Assembly: GCA_027858315.1 (NCBI GenBank)
Contig: JAQICV010000049.1
Coordinates: 4,928-68,927, forward strand
DNA from: Candidatus Woesearchaeota archaeon
GTDB taxonomy: Archaea; Nanobdellota; Nanobdellia; Woesearchaeales; UBA583
Direction of reading: 5' to 3'
DNA: 64,000 nucleotides
Made by a program: the position numbers and the translations under genes
Notes under the pieces: model-generated
What the model saw: only the letters and a program-made list of their open reading frames with translations
Database searches by the model: none
What the model was told of the DNA's origin: nothing
In this document: one piece after another, positions 55,470 through 64,000 of the stretch
Layout: each line of letters begins with the position of its first letter
Position numbering within the stretch: position 1 is the first letter of the stretch

Positions 55470-56734
55470 TTTTCATACAAAGGATATTTCTTACAAAGCT
55501 CCAAAACCTCTCTTTTAACCTCAAACATAATTTTTTCATCAGAAATATTTTTAATAACTTTAGCTATAAATTCTCCAACTCTATATGAATCCTCTCTAGA
55601 AAATCCCCTAGAAGTAATAACTGGAGAACCAATCCTAATTCCCGAAGGATTAAAAGCAGTTGCTAAATCAAAAGGAATCATATTCTTATTAGTACAAATA
55701 TTTACTTCATCTAATTTAAGTTCTACTTCTTTCCCTCTCAAATCAAAAGGAGTCAAATCAATAAGCATTAAATGGTTCTCAGTTCCACCACTAACAAGCT
55801 TAATCCCGTTATCAAGTAATCCTTGTGCAAGTGATTTATTATTTTCTAAAAGTTTCTTTTGATACTCTTTAAACTCAGGTTTCAAAACTTCTCCAAAAGC
55901 AACCGCCTTTGCAGCAATAACATGTTCAAGAGGCCCACCTTGAATTCCTGGAAAAATTTGTCTATCTACATCTTTTGCATATTTTTCTTTACACAGAATA
56001 ATTGCTCCACGAGGTCCACGCAAAGTTTTATGAGTTGTCGTAGTAACAATATCGCAAAAGGGAACAGGATTTTGATGCAGTCCAGCTGCAATCGAACCTG
56101 CAATATGAGAAATATCTGCAAGTAACATAGCAGAACATTCATCAGCTATTTCTTTAAACTTTTTAAAATCAACATCCCTTGGATAAGCACTAAAACCAGT
56201 AACAATTAACTTTGGTTTTTCTTTTAAAGCAACAATTCTAAGTAAATCGTAATCAATAAGTGAGCTCTCTTTATTCAACTCATATTGAACAAAATTATAC
56301 AACTTACCTGAAAAATTTAAATGATGCCCATGAGTTAAATGTCCTCCCTGGTCTAAATTAATTGCAAGAACTTTATCACCAGGTTCAAGGACCGCCATAT
56401 ATGCAGCCATATTAGCTCCACTACCACTATGGGCTTGAACATTAACATGATCTGCTCCAAAAATTTCTTTAGCTCTATCAATTGCAAGTTGTTCAACTTT
56501 ATCAACAACCTCATTCCCCCCATAATATCTTTTTCCAGGATACCCTTCAGAATATTTATTTGTAAACACACTACCTTGGGTCTCCATAACTGCAGGAGAA
56601 ACTGCATTCTCAGAAGGAATAAGCTCAATCGTTTCTTCTTGTCTTTTAATCTCATCCAAAACTAAATTATAAACCTCTGAATCAGATTTTTTAAGCTCAT
56701 TTAAATGCTCATCAAAACTAATTTTATACACCAT
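55466..56734 (-). CDS. glyA: serine hydroxymethyltransferase
   Basis: 422 aa. GGHLTHGH and the PLP-lysine motif TTTTHKTLRGPRG. Confidence 0.95.
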   Translation of the reverse strand: MVYKISFDEHLNELKKSDSEVYNLVLDEIKRQEETIELIPSENAVSPAVMETQGSVFTNKYSEGYPGKRYYGGNEVVDKVEQLAIDRAKEIFGADHVNVQAHSGSGANMAAYMAVLEPGDKVLAINLDQGGHLTHGHHLNFSGKLYNFVQYELNKESSLIDYDLLRIVALKEKPKLIVTGFSAYPRDVDFKKFKEIADECSAMLLADISHIAGSIAAGLHQNPVPFCDIVTTTTHKTLRGPRGAIILCKEKYAKDVDRQIFPGIQGGPLEHVIAAKAVAFGEVLKPEFKEYQKKLLENNKSLAQGLLDNGIKLVSGGTENHLMLIDLTPFDLRGKEVELKLDEVNICTNKNMIPFDLATAFNPSGIRIGSPVITSRGFSREDSYRVGEFIAKVIKNISDEKIMFEVKREVLELCKKYPLYEK

Positions 56735-56911
56735 ACTAATAAACTACAAAAGGAGTATATAAAACTATTTGAAACTATTTCAAAAGAAAAAGAAAACAAA
56801 TCTTTAAAAACAAAAAAGCTAAACTATTATTATGATACGAAAATTTAACATAAATAACTTTTTGTTAAAGAAAAAAATTAAAATTTTCCAAATTTTAGAG
56901 GTAGTCCTAAA

Positions 56912-57847
56912 ATGATACTAACAAAAGATAATCTTTTAAGATATGTTAGAGATAAAAAAGCTGTAACTCCGACAATGGTAAGTGAAGCATTTGACACAAC
57001 TACTATGATTGCTTCAGCAGCACTCTCCGAAATAGCAAAAGATAAATCTATTGCAATAACAAATCTAAAATTATCTAGTTCCCCTTACTACTATGACCCA
57101 AAACAAAAAGAGTGTCTTATTGAACTTGCTGAAAAACATTTTTCAAAACATGACAAAGACATCTACTTAAAACTAAAACAAAACCAAGTTCTAAATCATA
57201 GCTCTCTAAACATCCAAGAAACACTTGCAATAGAGAGAATCAAAGACTTTGCAATTCCTCTAGAAATTAGTGAAACAGAAAATGAATTGAAATTCTGGGT
57301 TTGGTATCTAAGAGACATATCCGAAACAAAATCACAAATAATGGATGCAATTAAAGGAAATAACTCTACTCCTAAAAAAACAAACAAAGAACCTGAAATG
57401 CCAAAAGTCCAAGAAAGGTTAGTAAGAGAAATAAGAAAAGAAATAGCACCTCAACAAATACAAAGACAAACTCATCAACCAAGAATACAATCACAAGCAA
57501 ATCATCAACAAACTCTAAACTCTCCAAAATTTACTCAACAATCCGTCCAAGAAGAACAACAAAACAAAGAAGAAATGTTTATTGAAAATTATTTCAGACA
57601 AAATTATCTAAATATCGAAAATAAAAACAAATCAAATAAAGAAATAAGATACAATTTAAGTCTTAACATAAATCAAATTAAAATATTAATTGATAGTATT
57701 TACTATTATAAAAAACCTAATGAAACAGACATCATGCAATTCTATACTTCTTCATTAAAACCTAAGATAATATTCGTACAAAATGCTCCTAAAAAATTAT
57801 TAAAAATGAATGAGACTCTAGAAAACTTAACAATAATTAACATTTAA
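56912..57847 (+). CDS. hypothetical protein with an N-terminal wHTH-like region and a Q-rich linker
   Basis: 311-aa ORF. The SD-like AGAGGT lies upstream. Confidence 0.4.
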   Translation: MILTKDNLLRYVRDKKAVTPTMVSEAFDTTTMIASAALSEIAKDKSIAITNLKLSSSPYYYDPKQKECLIELAEKHFSKHDKDIYLKLKQNQVLNHSSLNIQETLAIERIKDFAIPLEISETENELKFWVWYLRDISETKSQIMDAIKGNNSTPKKTNKEPEMPKVQERLVREIRKEIAPQQIQRQTHQPRIQSQANHQQTLNSPKFTQQSVQEEQQNKEEMFIENYFRQNYLNIENKNKSNKEIRYNLSLNINQIKILIDSIYYYKKPNETDIMQFYTSSLKPKIIFVQNAPKKLLKMNETLENLTIINI

Positions 57848-57848
57848 A

Positions 57849-58496
57849 ATGATAGAAGAAATATACACCCAAGCATTAAACTTCCTACTAGTAAATATAT
57901 TTAATCTAGGATATTTTGGAATTTTCTTACTAATGACAATCGAGAGTTCATTTATTCCTTTCCCTTCAGAAGTAATTTTAATTCCAGCTGGAGTTCTAAT
58001 CGCACAAGGAAAAATGTCATTCTCAGTAGTTCTCCTAGTAGCTACTCTTGGATCTTTATTAGGGGCCGCAATAAATTATTTCCTAGCATTTTATTTGGGA
58101 AGAAAAACTATAAATATGATTTTAGAAAGATATGGAAAAATATTTTTAATTGACAAACATAAAATTACAAAATCCGAAAATTTTTTTAAAAAACATGGAG
58201 AAATCACAACTTTTATTGGAAGATTAATTCCAGTAATAAGGCAATTAATTTCAATACCAGCAGGTTTCTCTAAAATGAATTTTTTCAAATTTAGTCTATA
58301 TACATCCCTAGGAGCAGGAATTTGGAGTTTAATCTTAATCTATCTAGGAATAATCTTTGCAAACAATCAAAATCTAATAGAAGAAAATTTAACAAAGATT
58401 ACTCTTTTAGTATCTCTTTTTGCAATATTAATAATAATTACATACATACACTTTCAAAAAAATAAAATTCATAAAAAAAGTAATCATTATGAATAA
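57849..58496 (+). CDS. DedA-family membrane protein
   Basis: 215 aa. ESSFIPFPSEVILIPAG and the GRLIPVIRQLISIPAG re-entrant motifs. Confidence 0.8.
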   Translation: MIEEIYTQALNFLLVNIFNLGYFGIFLLMTIESSFIPFPSEVILIPAGVLIAQGKMSFSVVLLVATLGSLLGAAINYFLAFYLGRKTINMILERYGKIFLIDKHKITKSENFFKKHGEITTFIGRLIPVIRQLISIPAGFSKMNFFKFSLYTSLGAGIWSLILIYLGIIFANNQNLIEENLTKITLLVSLFAILIIITYIHFQKNKIHKKSNHYE

Positions 58497-58499
58497 AAA

Positions 58500-58898
58500 T
58501 TAAAAAAGTTCTTCTTGAGGAATATATTTCTCATCAAGTAATTCAACTTCCTTTATTTCATTATTTTCAGAATAAACAAATCTCAATCCAAGGCCAGCTT
58601 TAAGAACTGAACTTAAAACAATCATATGTTCAATCCCTGAACCTGAAACTAAATTAAGTCCAACCTCAAAATCTTGTACTTCTTTTTTTAAAAAACCTGA
58701 TAAAATTCTCAAACTCTTTTCAATATTTTTTTCATCAATCTTAAGCTTAATTATATTTTGAGATTTAACTTCAAAATTATCATAGGAAAAATCATTACAA
58801 ATAAGATAAACTCTATCCCACTTCCCTAAACTAATCAAAGAATTAACATGTCCCCATGTTCCCTTTCCAGAACTAAGCATTGCAATAAGTGTAGCCAT
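58500..58898 (-). CDS. hypothetical protein
   Basis: 132-aa ORF. No recognised motifs. Confidence 0.4.
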   Translation of the reverse strand: MATLIAMLSSGKGTWGHVNSLISLGKWDRVYLICNDFSYDNFEVKSQNIIKLKIDEKNIEKSLRILSGFLKKEVQDFEVGLNLVSGSGIEHMIVLSSVLKAGLGLRFVYSENNEIKEVELLDEKYIPQEELF

Positions 58899-58938
58899 AT
58901 AAATATAAAATATAAAATATTTATAAAACTATTCCATA

Positions 58939-59382
58939 TCAATTAGTTGTCAATAACTCAATTTTAATATCTTCACTCTCTTTTAAAAAATTAATTACAG
59001 TAATATTTTGTCCATTCCCTGCAATTTTATGACCAACAGTAATATTTAATCCTACAGGAATATTGTAATAATAAGTCATATTCTCATCATATAAATCTTT
59101 AATAATAATCATTTCATTTAAAATCTCAATATGATAATCTTGAGAATAAACATCTAAATTTCGAGAATACCCACCATTAACAGTATTTAAAATCTCAATC
59201 TCTTTCACAATATTTTCCAAAAAATTTTCTGCAACATTTTTTTTATCTTGCTCAACAAAATCACCTAAAAGAGAACCAGTAATATACATAACTCCTGCTA
59301 TAATAGTTAAAACAAACATTAAAATTAACATGAATTCTACTGCTTGTTGTCCTCTCTTTGATTTAAACATATAAAAATACAC
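58939..59382 (-). CDS. type IV pilin-like protein (class III signal peptide), isolated copy
   Basis: 147 aa. KSKRG|QQAVEFMLILMFVLTIIAGVMYI, with Glu at +5 after the predicted cleavage site. Confidence 0.55.
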   Translation of the reverse strand: MYFYMFKSKRGQQAVEFMLILMFVLTIIAGVMYITGSLLGDFVEQDKKNVAENFLENIVKEIEILNTVNGGYSRNLDVYSQDYHIEILNEMIIIKDLYDENMTYYYNIPVGLNITVGHKIAGNGQNITVINFLKESEDIKIELLTTN

Positions 59383-59637
59383 TAAAAATCATTTAAATAC
59401 TTTTCTTATCACTTATTTTAATTTCATTAAAATAATCGCCTAGAAATTTCTAATCTATTTGATAATTTGTAACCAATTGGTGCAAAATATAAATGAAAAA
59501 AAGTAAGACTTCTCCTTTTTGTGAAACCAGCAATAATTCTAATCCATTCTCAACAAGAATAGTTAAATCAATATAGAAAAAAAAGATTTAGAATCATTTC
59601 TTAAATAAGCATCTGTAAGAGGTTCCATTTTATTTCT

Positions 59638-62184
59638 TTAATCTTTTACAATTTCAATCAAGACTTTCACATCTTGACTCTCAATTGACCCATTACCAAA
59701 TTCAACTACTCTTGCGCCAGTCACTGCCTTCAAATCAGCAATAGAATCTTCAATAAACTCTTTAAGTTTATCATCACATTCAATAACTAATCTAGAAAGT
59801 TCAGTCTTCATTGAAACTTGATTCTCAGACTTAAATTTCCTAACTGCTCCAACAATATCAACATATTTATCTCCAAGAAGAACAATTTCTTCATCATCAA
59901 AATTTTTATTATATTCGGGCCATGAAGTTCTATGAACACTCTCTATCTCTTCAAATTGTTTATAGAAATTTTGATAAACTTCTTCACTCATATAAACTAA
60001 AAACGGTGCAAGTCCCCTAAGCGCAGAATATAAAGAATAATACAAAGCTTTTTGAGCTTTCTTTACTTCAACAACACCAAAATTCTCAGGTTTCCATAAT
60101 CTTTGTTTTACAATCTCAATATAATTATCAGCAATATCTCTCATAAAATAATCCGCAAATAAACTCTTAACTTTAGCATAATCATAATTATCAAATGCAA
60201 CAATTGAATCTTTAATTACACTTTGAACTTTAGCAATAATCCATTTATCGATTGAATTTAAATCTTTAAACTTAAAATCTCTATCCTTAGCTTCAAAATT
60301 CTCAAAAAGCATTGAAGCAAATTTATTTGCATTGTACAATTTATTTGCAACTTTTACTCCGGTTTGAACTTCTTTCTCTTGAAATGGAATATCACTCCCT
60401 AATTTCGTTGAAGCTGCAGCAAATCTTAAACCATCATTTGAATGTTTAGAAACTACATCTTGAGGAACAATAGTATTTCCTTTCGACTTACTCATTTTCT
60501 TTCCTTTAGGGTCTAAAACAAAACCCGACACCATAACATTTTTAAACGGATTTTCATCATAAAGTAAATTAGTTTTTGCCATAGTATAAAACAACCAAAA
60601 ATTAATAATATCATGCGCTTGAGGTCTCAAATCCATTGGAAATAATTTCTTTTTCATCTCTTCATTCTTCACTAATTCAATTGCTAAAAATGGAGATGAA
60701 CCTGAAGTAAACCAAGTATCCATGATATCTGTCTCTCCTTCAAATTCCTCACTACCACAAGAACATTTATCTAAAGGCTTAGTTGAAGTAGGATCAACAG
60801 GCAATTGTAATTCTTTAGCATACTTAGTTTCACCACATTTACTACAATACCAAGCAGGAACAGGAATCCCAAAATGTCTCTGTCTTGAAAATCCCCAATT
60901 CCAATTTAATCCTTTAATCCAATTTTCAAGCCTGTGTTTCATAAATTCAGGATGCCAGTTAAACTTTTGAGCCATCTCAAAAAAATACTCTTTCTTATCT
61001 AAATAATTCACATACCATTGCTTTGTAACAATAAACTCTACTTCAACTCCTGACCTCTCACCAAGATTTACAACTTGTCTTATCTTCTCAGATTTAATTA
61101 TCGAGCCTTCCTCAGTCATATCTTTAATTATTAATCTCCTAGCATCATTAGTAAGTTCACCCTCATATTTCAAACATTTACTATTAAGTCTACCATCTTT
61201 TGACAAAACTTCAATTGGGTCAAGCCTATGTCTAGCAAAGTATTCAATATCTTCTGCTCCACCATAAGAACAAAAATAAGCAATCCCTGTTCCAAAATCA
61301 GCTTTTACTGCAGCATCATGAGTCACTTCAATTTCCTTATTAGTTACTGGAATAATAACCTTATCACCAATAACATTTTTTCCTTTTAATTTTTCAACAA
61401 CTTCATATTCAAAATCAGCAAACTTTTCTTCATATGTTGCTTTACTAGTAATCCAAAATTCTTCTCCTACTTTTAATTTCACATACTCGCCTTCATCTTC
61501 CACACTAAATCCTGCACAAGCAAATAAAAGCTCAGGTCTAGTTGTAGCATAAATCATAAAAGTATTTGTTGTTCCAACAACCTTAGCTTTAACATAATTC
61601 ATCAAACTCTCCCTTTCATCATCTTCAAGTTCAGCTTGAGCAATAGGAGTTTGAAAAACTCTATCCCACATAACAGGTCCTTCAGTCCTAGTAATCAAAC
61701 CCTTTTCAACAAGCTCTAAAAATGTATTTTGAGAAATTTTCCTGGAATGATCATTAATAGTAGAATAAGCCAAATCAAAATCACAACTAAGTCCTACATT
61801 CTTAAAATCTTCAATAAATTTTGGTCTTTCTTCATTCAAGTAATCAACTACAATCTTAATTGCCTCTGCTCTATCAACCTTTCTTAAATTGACCTTCTTC
61901 TCTTTTTGAACAAGCTTCTCTGTCGCAAGTCCATTATCATCAGTTCCAAATGGATAGAAGACTTCAAATCCTCTCATTCTCTTATATCTTGCAATAAAAT
62001 CTGCCTGTGAGAAAGAAAATGCGTGCCCAATATGCATTTTTCCAGAAATAGTTGGTGGTGGAGTGTCAATTGAAAAGACGACTTTAGAGGAGTTTTCATC
62101 AAACTTGAATATATCATTTTCATCCCAGAATTTTCTAATCTGAACCTCTCTTTCTTTCGCATCGTATTTATTTTCAAATGTCAT
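59638..62184 (-). CDS. valS: valyl-tRNA synthetase
   Basis: 848 aa. TPPPTISGKMHIGHAF (HIGH) and KMSKSKGN (KMSKS), with a CP1 editing insertion. Confidence 0.93.
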   Translation of the reverse strand: MTFENKYDAKEREVQIRKFWDENDIFKFDENSSKVVFSIDTPPPTISGKMHIGHAFSFSQADFIARYKRMRGFEVFYPFGTDDNGLATEKLVQKEKKVNLRKVDRAEAIKIVVDYLNEERPKFIEDFKNVGLSCDFDLAYSTINDHSRKISQNTFLELVEKGLITRTEGPVMWDRVFQTPIAQAELEDDERESLMNYVKAKVVGTTNTFMIYATTRPELLFACAGFSVEDEGEYVKLKVGEEFWITSKATYEEKFADFEYEVVEKLKGKNVIGDKVIIPVTNKEIEVTHDAAVKADFGTGIAYFCSYGGAEDIEYFARHRLDPIEVLSKDGRLNSKCLKYEGELTNDARRLIIKDMTEEGSIIKSEKIRQVVNLGERSGVEVEFIVTKQWYVNYLDKKEYFFEMAQKFNWHPEFMKHRLENWIKGLNWNWGFSRQRHFGIPVPAWYCSKCGETKYAKELQLPVDPTSTKPLDKCSCGSEEFEGETDIMDTWFTSGSSPFLAIELVKNEEMKKKLFPMDLRPQAHDIINFWLFYTMAKTNLLYDENPFKNVMVSGFVLDPKGKKMSKSKGNTIVPQDVVSKHSNDGLRFAAASTKLGSDIPFQEKEVQTGVKVANKLYNANKFASMLFENFEAKDRDFKFKDLNSIDKWIIAKVQSVIKDSIVAFDNYDYAKVKSLFADYFMRDIADNYIEIVKQRLWKPENFGVVEVKKAQKALYYSLYSALRGLAPFLVYMSEEVYQNFYKQFEEIESVHRTSWPEYNKNFDDEEIVLLGDKYVDIVGAVRKFKSENQVSMKTELSRLVIECDDKLKEFIEDSIADLKAVTGARVVEFGNGSIESQDVKVLIEIVKD

Positions 62185-62416
62185 TTTTAATATTTTTAAA
62201 TAAAATTAATACACAGCAACATAAGTTGTGACTGTATCATTTTTATTATCATATAATACACTCCTGATTGTATCATACTAAAAATAAAGACACTTAGTAT
62301 ATAAATATTTTGAAAAAAAAAATCTAAAATAAATAAAAGTAATGTTCATTTTTACCAGTTCAAACATATCTTTATAAAGTTAAAAAACCATAAATTAGAA
62401 CCGAGGTGTATTCTAA

Positions 62417-63535
62417 ATGTTAAAAAATTATTTTGAAGTAGACGAGAACCTTAATATGCAAGGGTTCCTAAAAGAAATTAAAGAAAAGAAGAACTCACAT
62501 TACATCATTTTAAACACAAATCCTAAATCTTTCGTAGATGTGAGAACAATTGCATTAAAAGTAACAAATTTAAATGAAAAATTAAAAGGCCTCAAAAAAA
62601 CCCTATCTGAGAGCAAAGGAAAAAACACAAACGAACACATAAATTTCTTAATAGAGAGTGGAGATAGAGTAATCAAAATTGGAGATTTATACTATAGTTT
62701 CATAGATGCTTTATTGGATATTTCAAATCAAGATTTAGACTTTCTAAACGAAAAAAATGAAAGCATTGAAAAAAGAGAGATTTACGCATTAAATAAAAAT
62801 GATAAAGTCTCATCTGCAAGAAACCTATTCTTACAAAAAAGAGTTAATTTATTACCAGTAATTGAAGGATTAAAAATCTCAGGTGAATTAAGACCAATAG
62901 ATTTATTGGTTACAGATTTATTCGAAGTTGACAATGAAAAAGGTAATTACTATAACAAAAAAAATCAAGAAAATATACTAAATTCCAATATTGAAAATTT
63001 AATTAACACAAGACCATTAACACTAAATAAAAATCAAAAAATAAGTGATGCTTTAAAACTTATGATAAGTAAAAAACTCCCATCAATTATAATAACTGAT
63101 GAAGAAGGTCTACTTTACTCAATATTATCATATAAAGATATATTCAAATTATACCAAAAAACTAATGAACTTTCAAAATTCAAACTAGAATATGTAGGAT
63201 CTCAATCCCTCTATGATGATGATTTTGATTTAATACAAGACTATGCTGAAAAAACTATGAAAAAAATTTCTAACATTAGTAAATATGACACTCTAAAACT
63301 CTCATTTAAAACAATTGGAGACAAAGACGCAGGTCATAAAACACGAATTCAAGTAAAAATGTTATTATCTGAAGGAAATAAAATAATCCAAGTTGAAAAA
63401 GAAATTTCAACAGGAACTTCAGATGAAGAATTCAATGATAAAATTAAAGGAAAATGGAATATTCCTCAAATGATTCAAGAAACACTAAATGCACTTGAGA
63501 AAAGAGTAAAAGAAGAAAAATCAAAAAATAATTAA
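62417..63535 (+). CDS. CBS-domain-containing protein
   Basis: 372 aa. CBS-like segments are ALNKNDKVSSARNLFLQKRVNLLPVIE and LNKNQKISDALKLMISKKLPSIIITDEEGLLYSILSYKDIFKLY. SD GAGGTG lies 10 nt upstream. Confidence 0.6.
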   Translation: MLKNYFEVDENLNMQGFLKEIKEKKNSHYIILNTNPKSFVDVRTIALKVTNLNEKLKGLKKTLSESKGKNTNEHINFLIESGDRVIKIGDLYYSFIDALLDISNQDLDFLNEKNESIEKREIYALNKNDKVSSARNLFLQKRVNLLPVIEGLKISGELRPIDLLVTDLFEVDNEKGNYYNKKNQENILNSNIENLINTRPLTLNKNQKISDALKLMISKKLPSIIITDEEGLLYSILSYKDIFKLYQKTNELSKFKLEYVGSQSLYDDDFDLIQDYAEKTMKKISNISKYDTLKLSFKTIGDKDAGHKTRIQVKMLLSEGNKIIQVEKEISTGTSDEEFNDKIKGKWNIPQMIQETLNALEKRVKEEKSKNN

Positions 63536-63555
63536 TTCTTATTTTTTTCAATAAT

Positions 63556-63564
63556 CTTTATAAA
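63556..63564 (+). promoter_or_regulatory. BRE/TATA element CTTTATAAA of rpoE'
   Basis: Ends 25 nt upstream of the ATG at 63590. Confidence 0.45.
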
Positions 63565-63589
63565 TACTATAGCACTTTTTTTCTATAAG

Positions 63590-64000
63590 ATGTTCTATAA
63601 AGTAAAATTAAAAGATTACGTAGATTTAAGTCCAGACTTATTTGAAGGAGATTTAAATGAATCAGTTAAAGAGCAATTAACAAGAGATTACTCTGAAAAA
63701 ACAACTGAAGAATTCGGACTAGTAATTAGTGTTATTAGTGTAGATGGAATCGGACAAGGATTCAAACTACCTGAAGACTCTTCTAGACACTATGTTGTAG
63801 AATTCACAATATTATCATACAAACCTGAGATTCATGAAGTAATTGAAGGAGAAGTATCCTCCGTTACAAATTTTGGAGTATTTATCAACATGGGAATAAT
63901 TGATGGACTTGTTCATTTATCTCAAACAATGGTAGATCAAGTATCATTTAGTAAAGTTGGAAGCATACAAGGTTCTCAAACTGGTCAAACACTAAAAACT
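63590..64000 (+). CDS. rpoE: DNA-directed RNA polymerase subunit E' (Rpo7), 5' partial; runs off the window and is not in the ORF track
   Basis: Hand translation gives MFYKVKLKDYVDLSPDLFEGDLNESVKEQLTRDYSEKTTEEFGLVISVISVDGIGQGFKLPEDSSRHYVVEFTILSYKPEIHEVIEGEVSSVTNFGVFINMGIIDGLVHLSQTM... This is the Rpb7-like N-domain plus the start of the S1 domain. Confidence 0.8.
   Translation, partial: MFYKVKLKDYVDLSPDLFEGDLNESVKEQLTRDYSEKTTEEFGLVISVISVDGIGQGFKLPEDSSRHYVVEFTILSYKPEIHEVIEGEVSSVTNFGVFINMGIIDGLVHLSQTMVDQVSFSKVGSIQGSQTGQTLKT

Noticed and set aside
59383-59637. 255-nt gap between the pilin-like gene and valS, as a possible small RNA or ORF
   Set aside because: It contains only very short ORFs of about 21 and 27 codons with no motifs, its composition is as AT-rich as the background, and it shows no convincing stem structures.
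1-64000. CRISPR arrays, IS elements or transposases, integrases, prophage genes, 23S/5S rRNA and RNase P RNA
   Set aside because: I found no regularly spaced direct repeats, no recombinase-like ORFs, and no other GC-rich structured islands beyond the 16S gene, tRNA-Gln with its flanks, and the SRP RNA candidate.

Overview
This is a gene-dense, AT-rich window (about 30% GC by eye) with most genes on the minus strand. The gene content is archaeal. It includes aIF5B, TFS, RpoP, a partial RpoE', ribosomal protein L37ae, NAC, Sec61-beta, membrane LonB, GatD, and the KEOPS subunits Bud32 and Pcc1-like. FtsY, ValRS, SHMT, AlaX and TrmY are also present, alongside bacterial-type FtsZ, MinD, ScpA/ScpB, DnaK, SlyD and a UvrD-nuclease fusion. 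RNA genes are a stand-alone 16S rRNA (minus strand, about 44834-46284, with no 23S, 5S or spacer tRNA in the window), a tRNA-Gln(CUG), and a short SRP-RNA candidate of about 150 nt with a canonical helix-8 motif. The low GC, the unlinked 16S and the many large uncharacterised surface proteins suggest a small-genome DPANN-like archaeon, but this is inference only. The most unusual region is a minus-strand block at 20424-28754. It holds a tightly overlapped operon of class-III-signal (type IV pilin-like) proteins that ends in an 810-aa double-LamG protein, preceded by a cysteine-rich secreted protein. The same block also carries a voltage-sensor-domain-only protein, a TIM-barrel protein split by a roughly 480-aa charged insertion, and an acidic membrane protein. 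Other observations are a 20-nt palindrome present identically at the dnaK start codon and upstream of the SRP RNA, and tRNA-end duplications flanking tRNA-Gln. There are also two apparent frameshifted genes, a gene with no canonical start codon, three conserved genes missing from the ORF track, and a regular leaderless promoter layout. I saw no CRISPR array, transposase or integrase.
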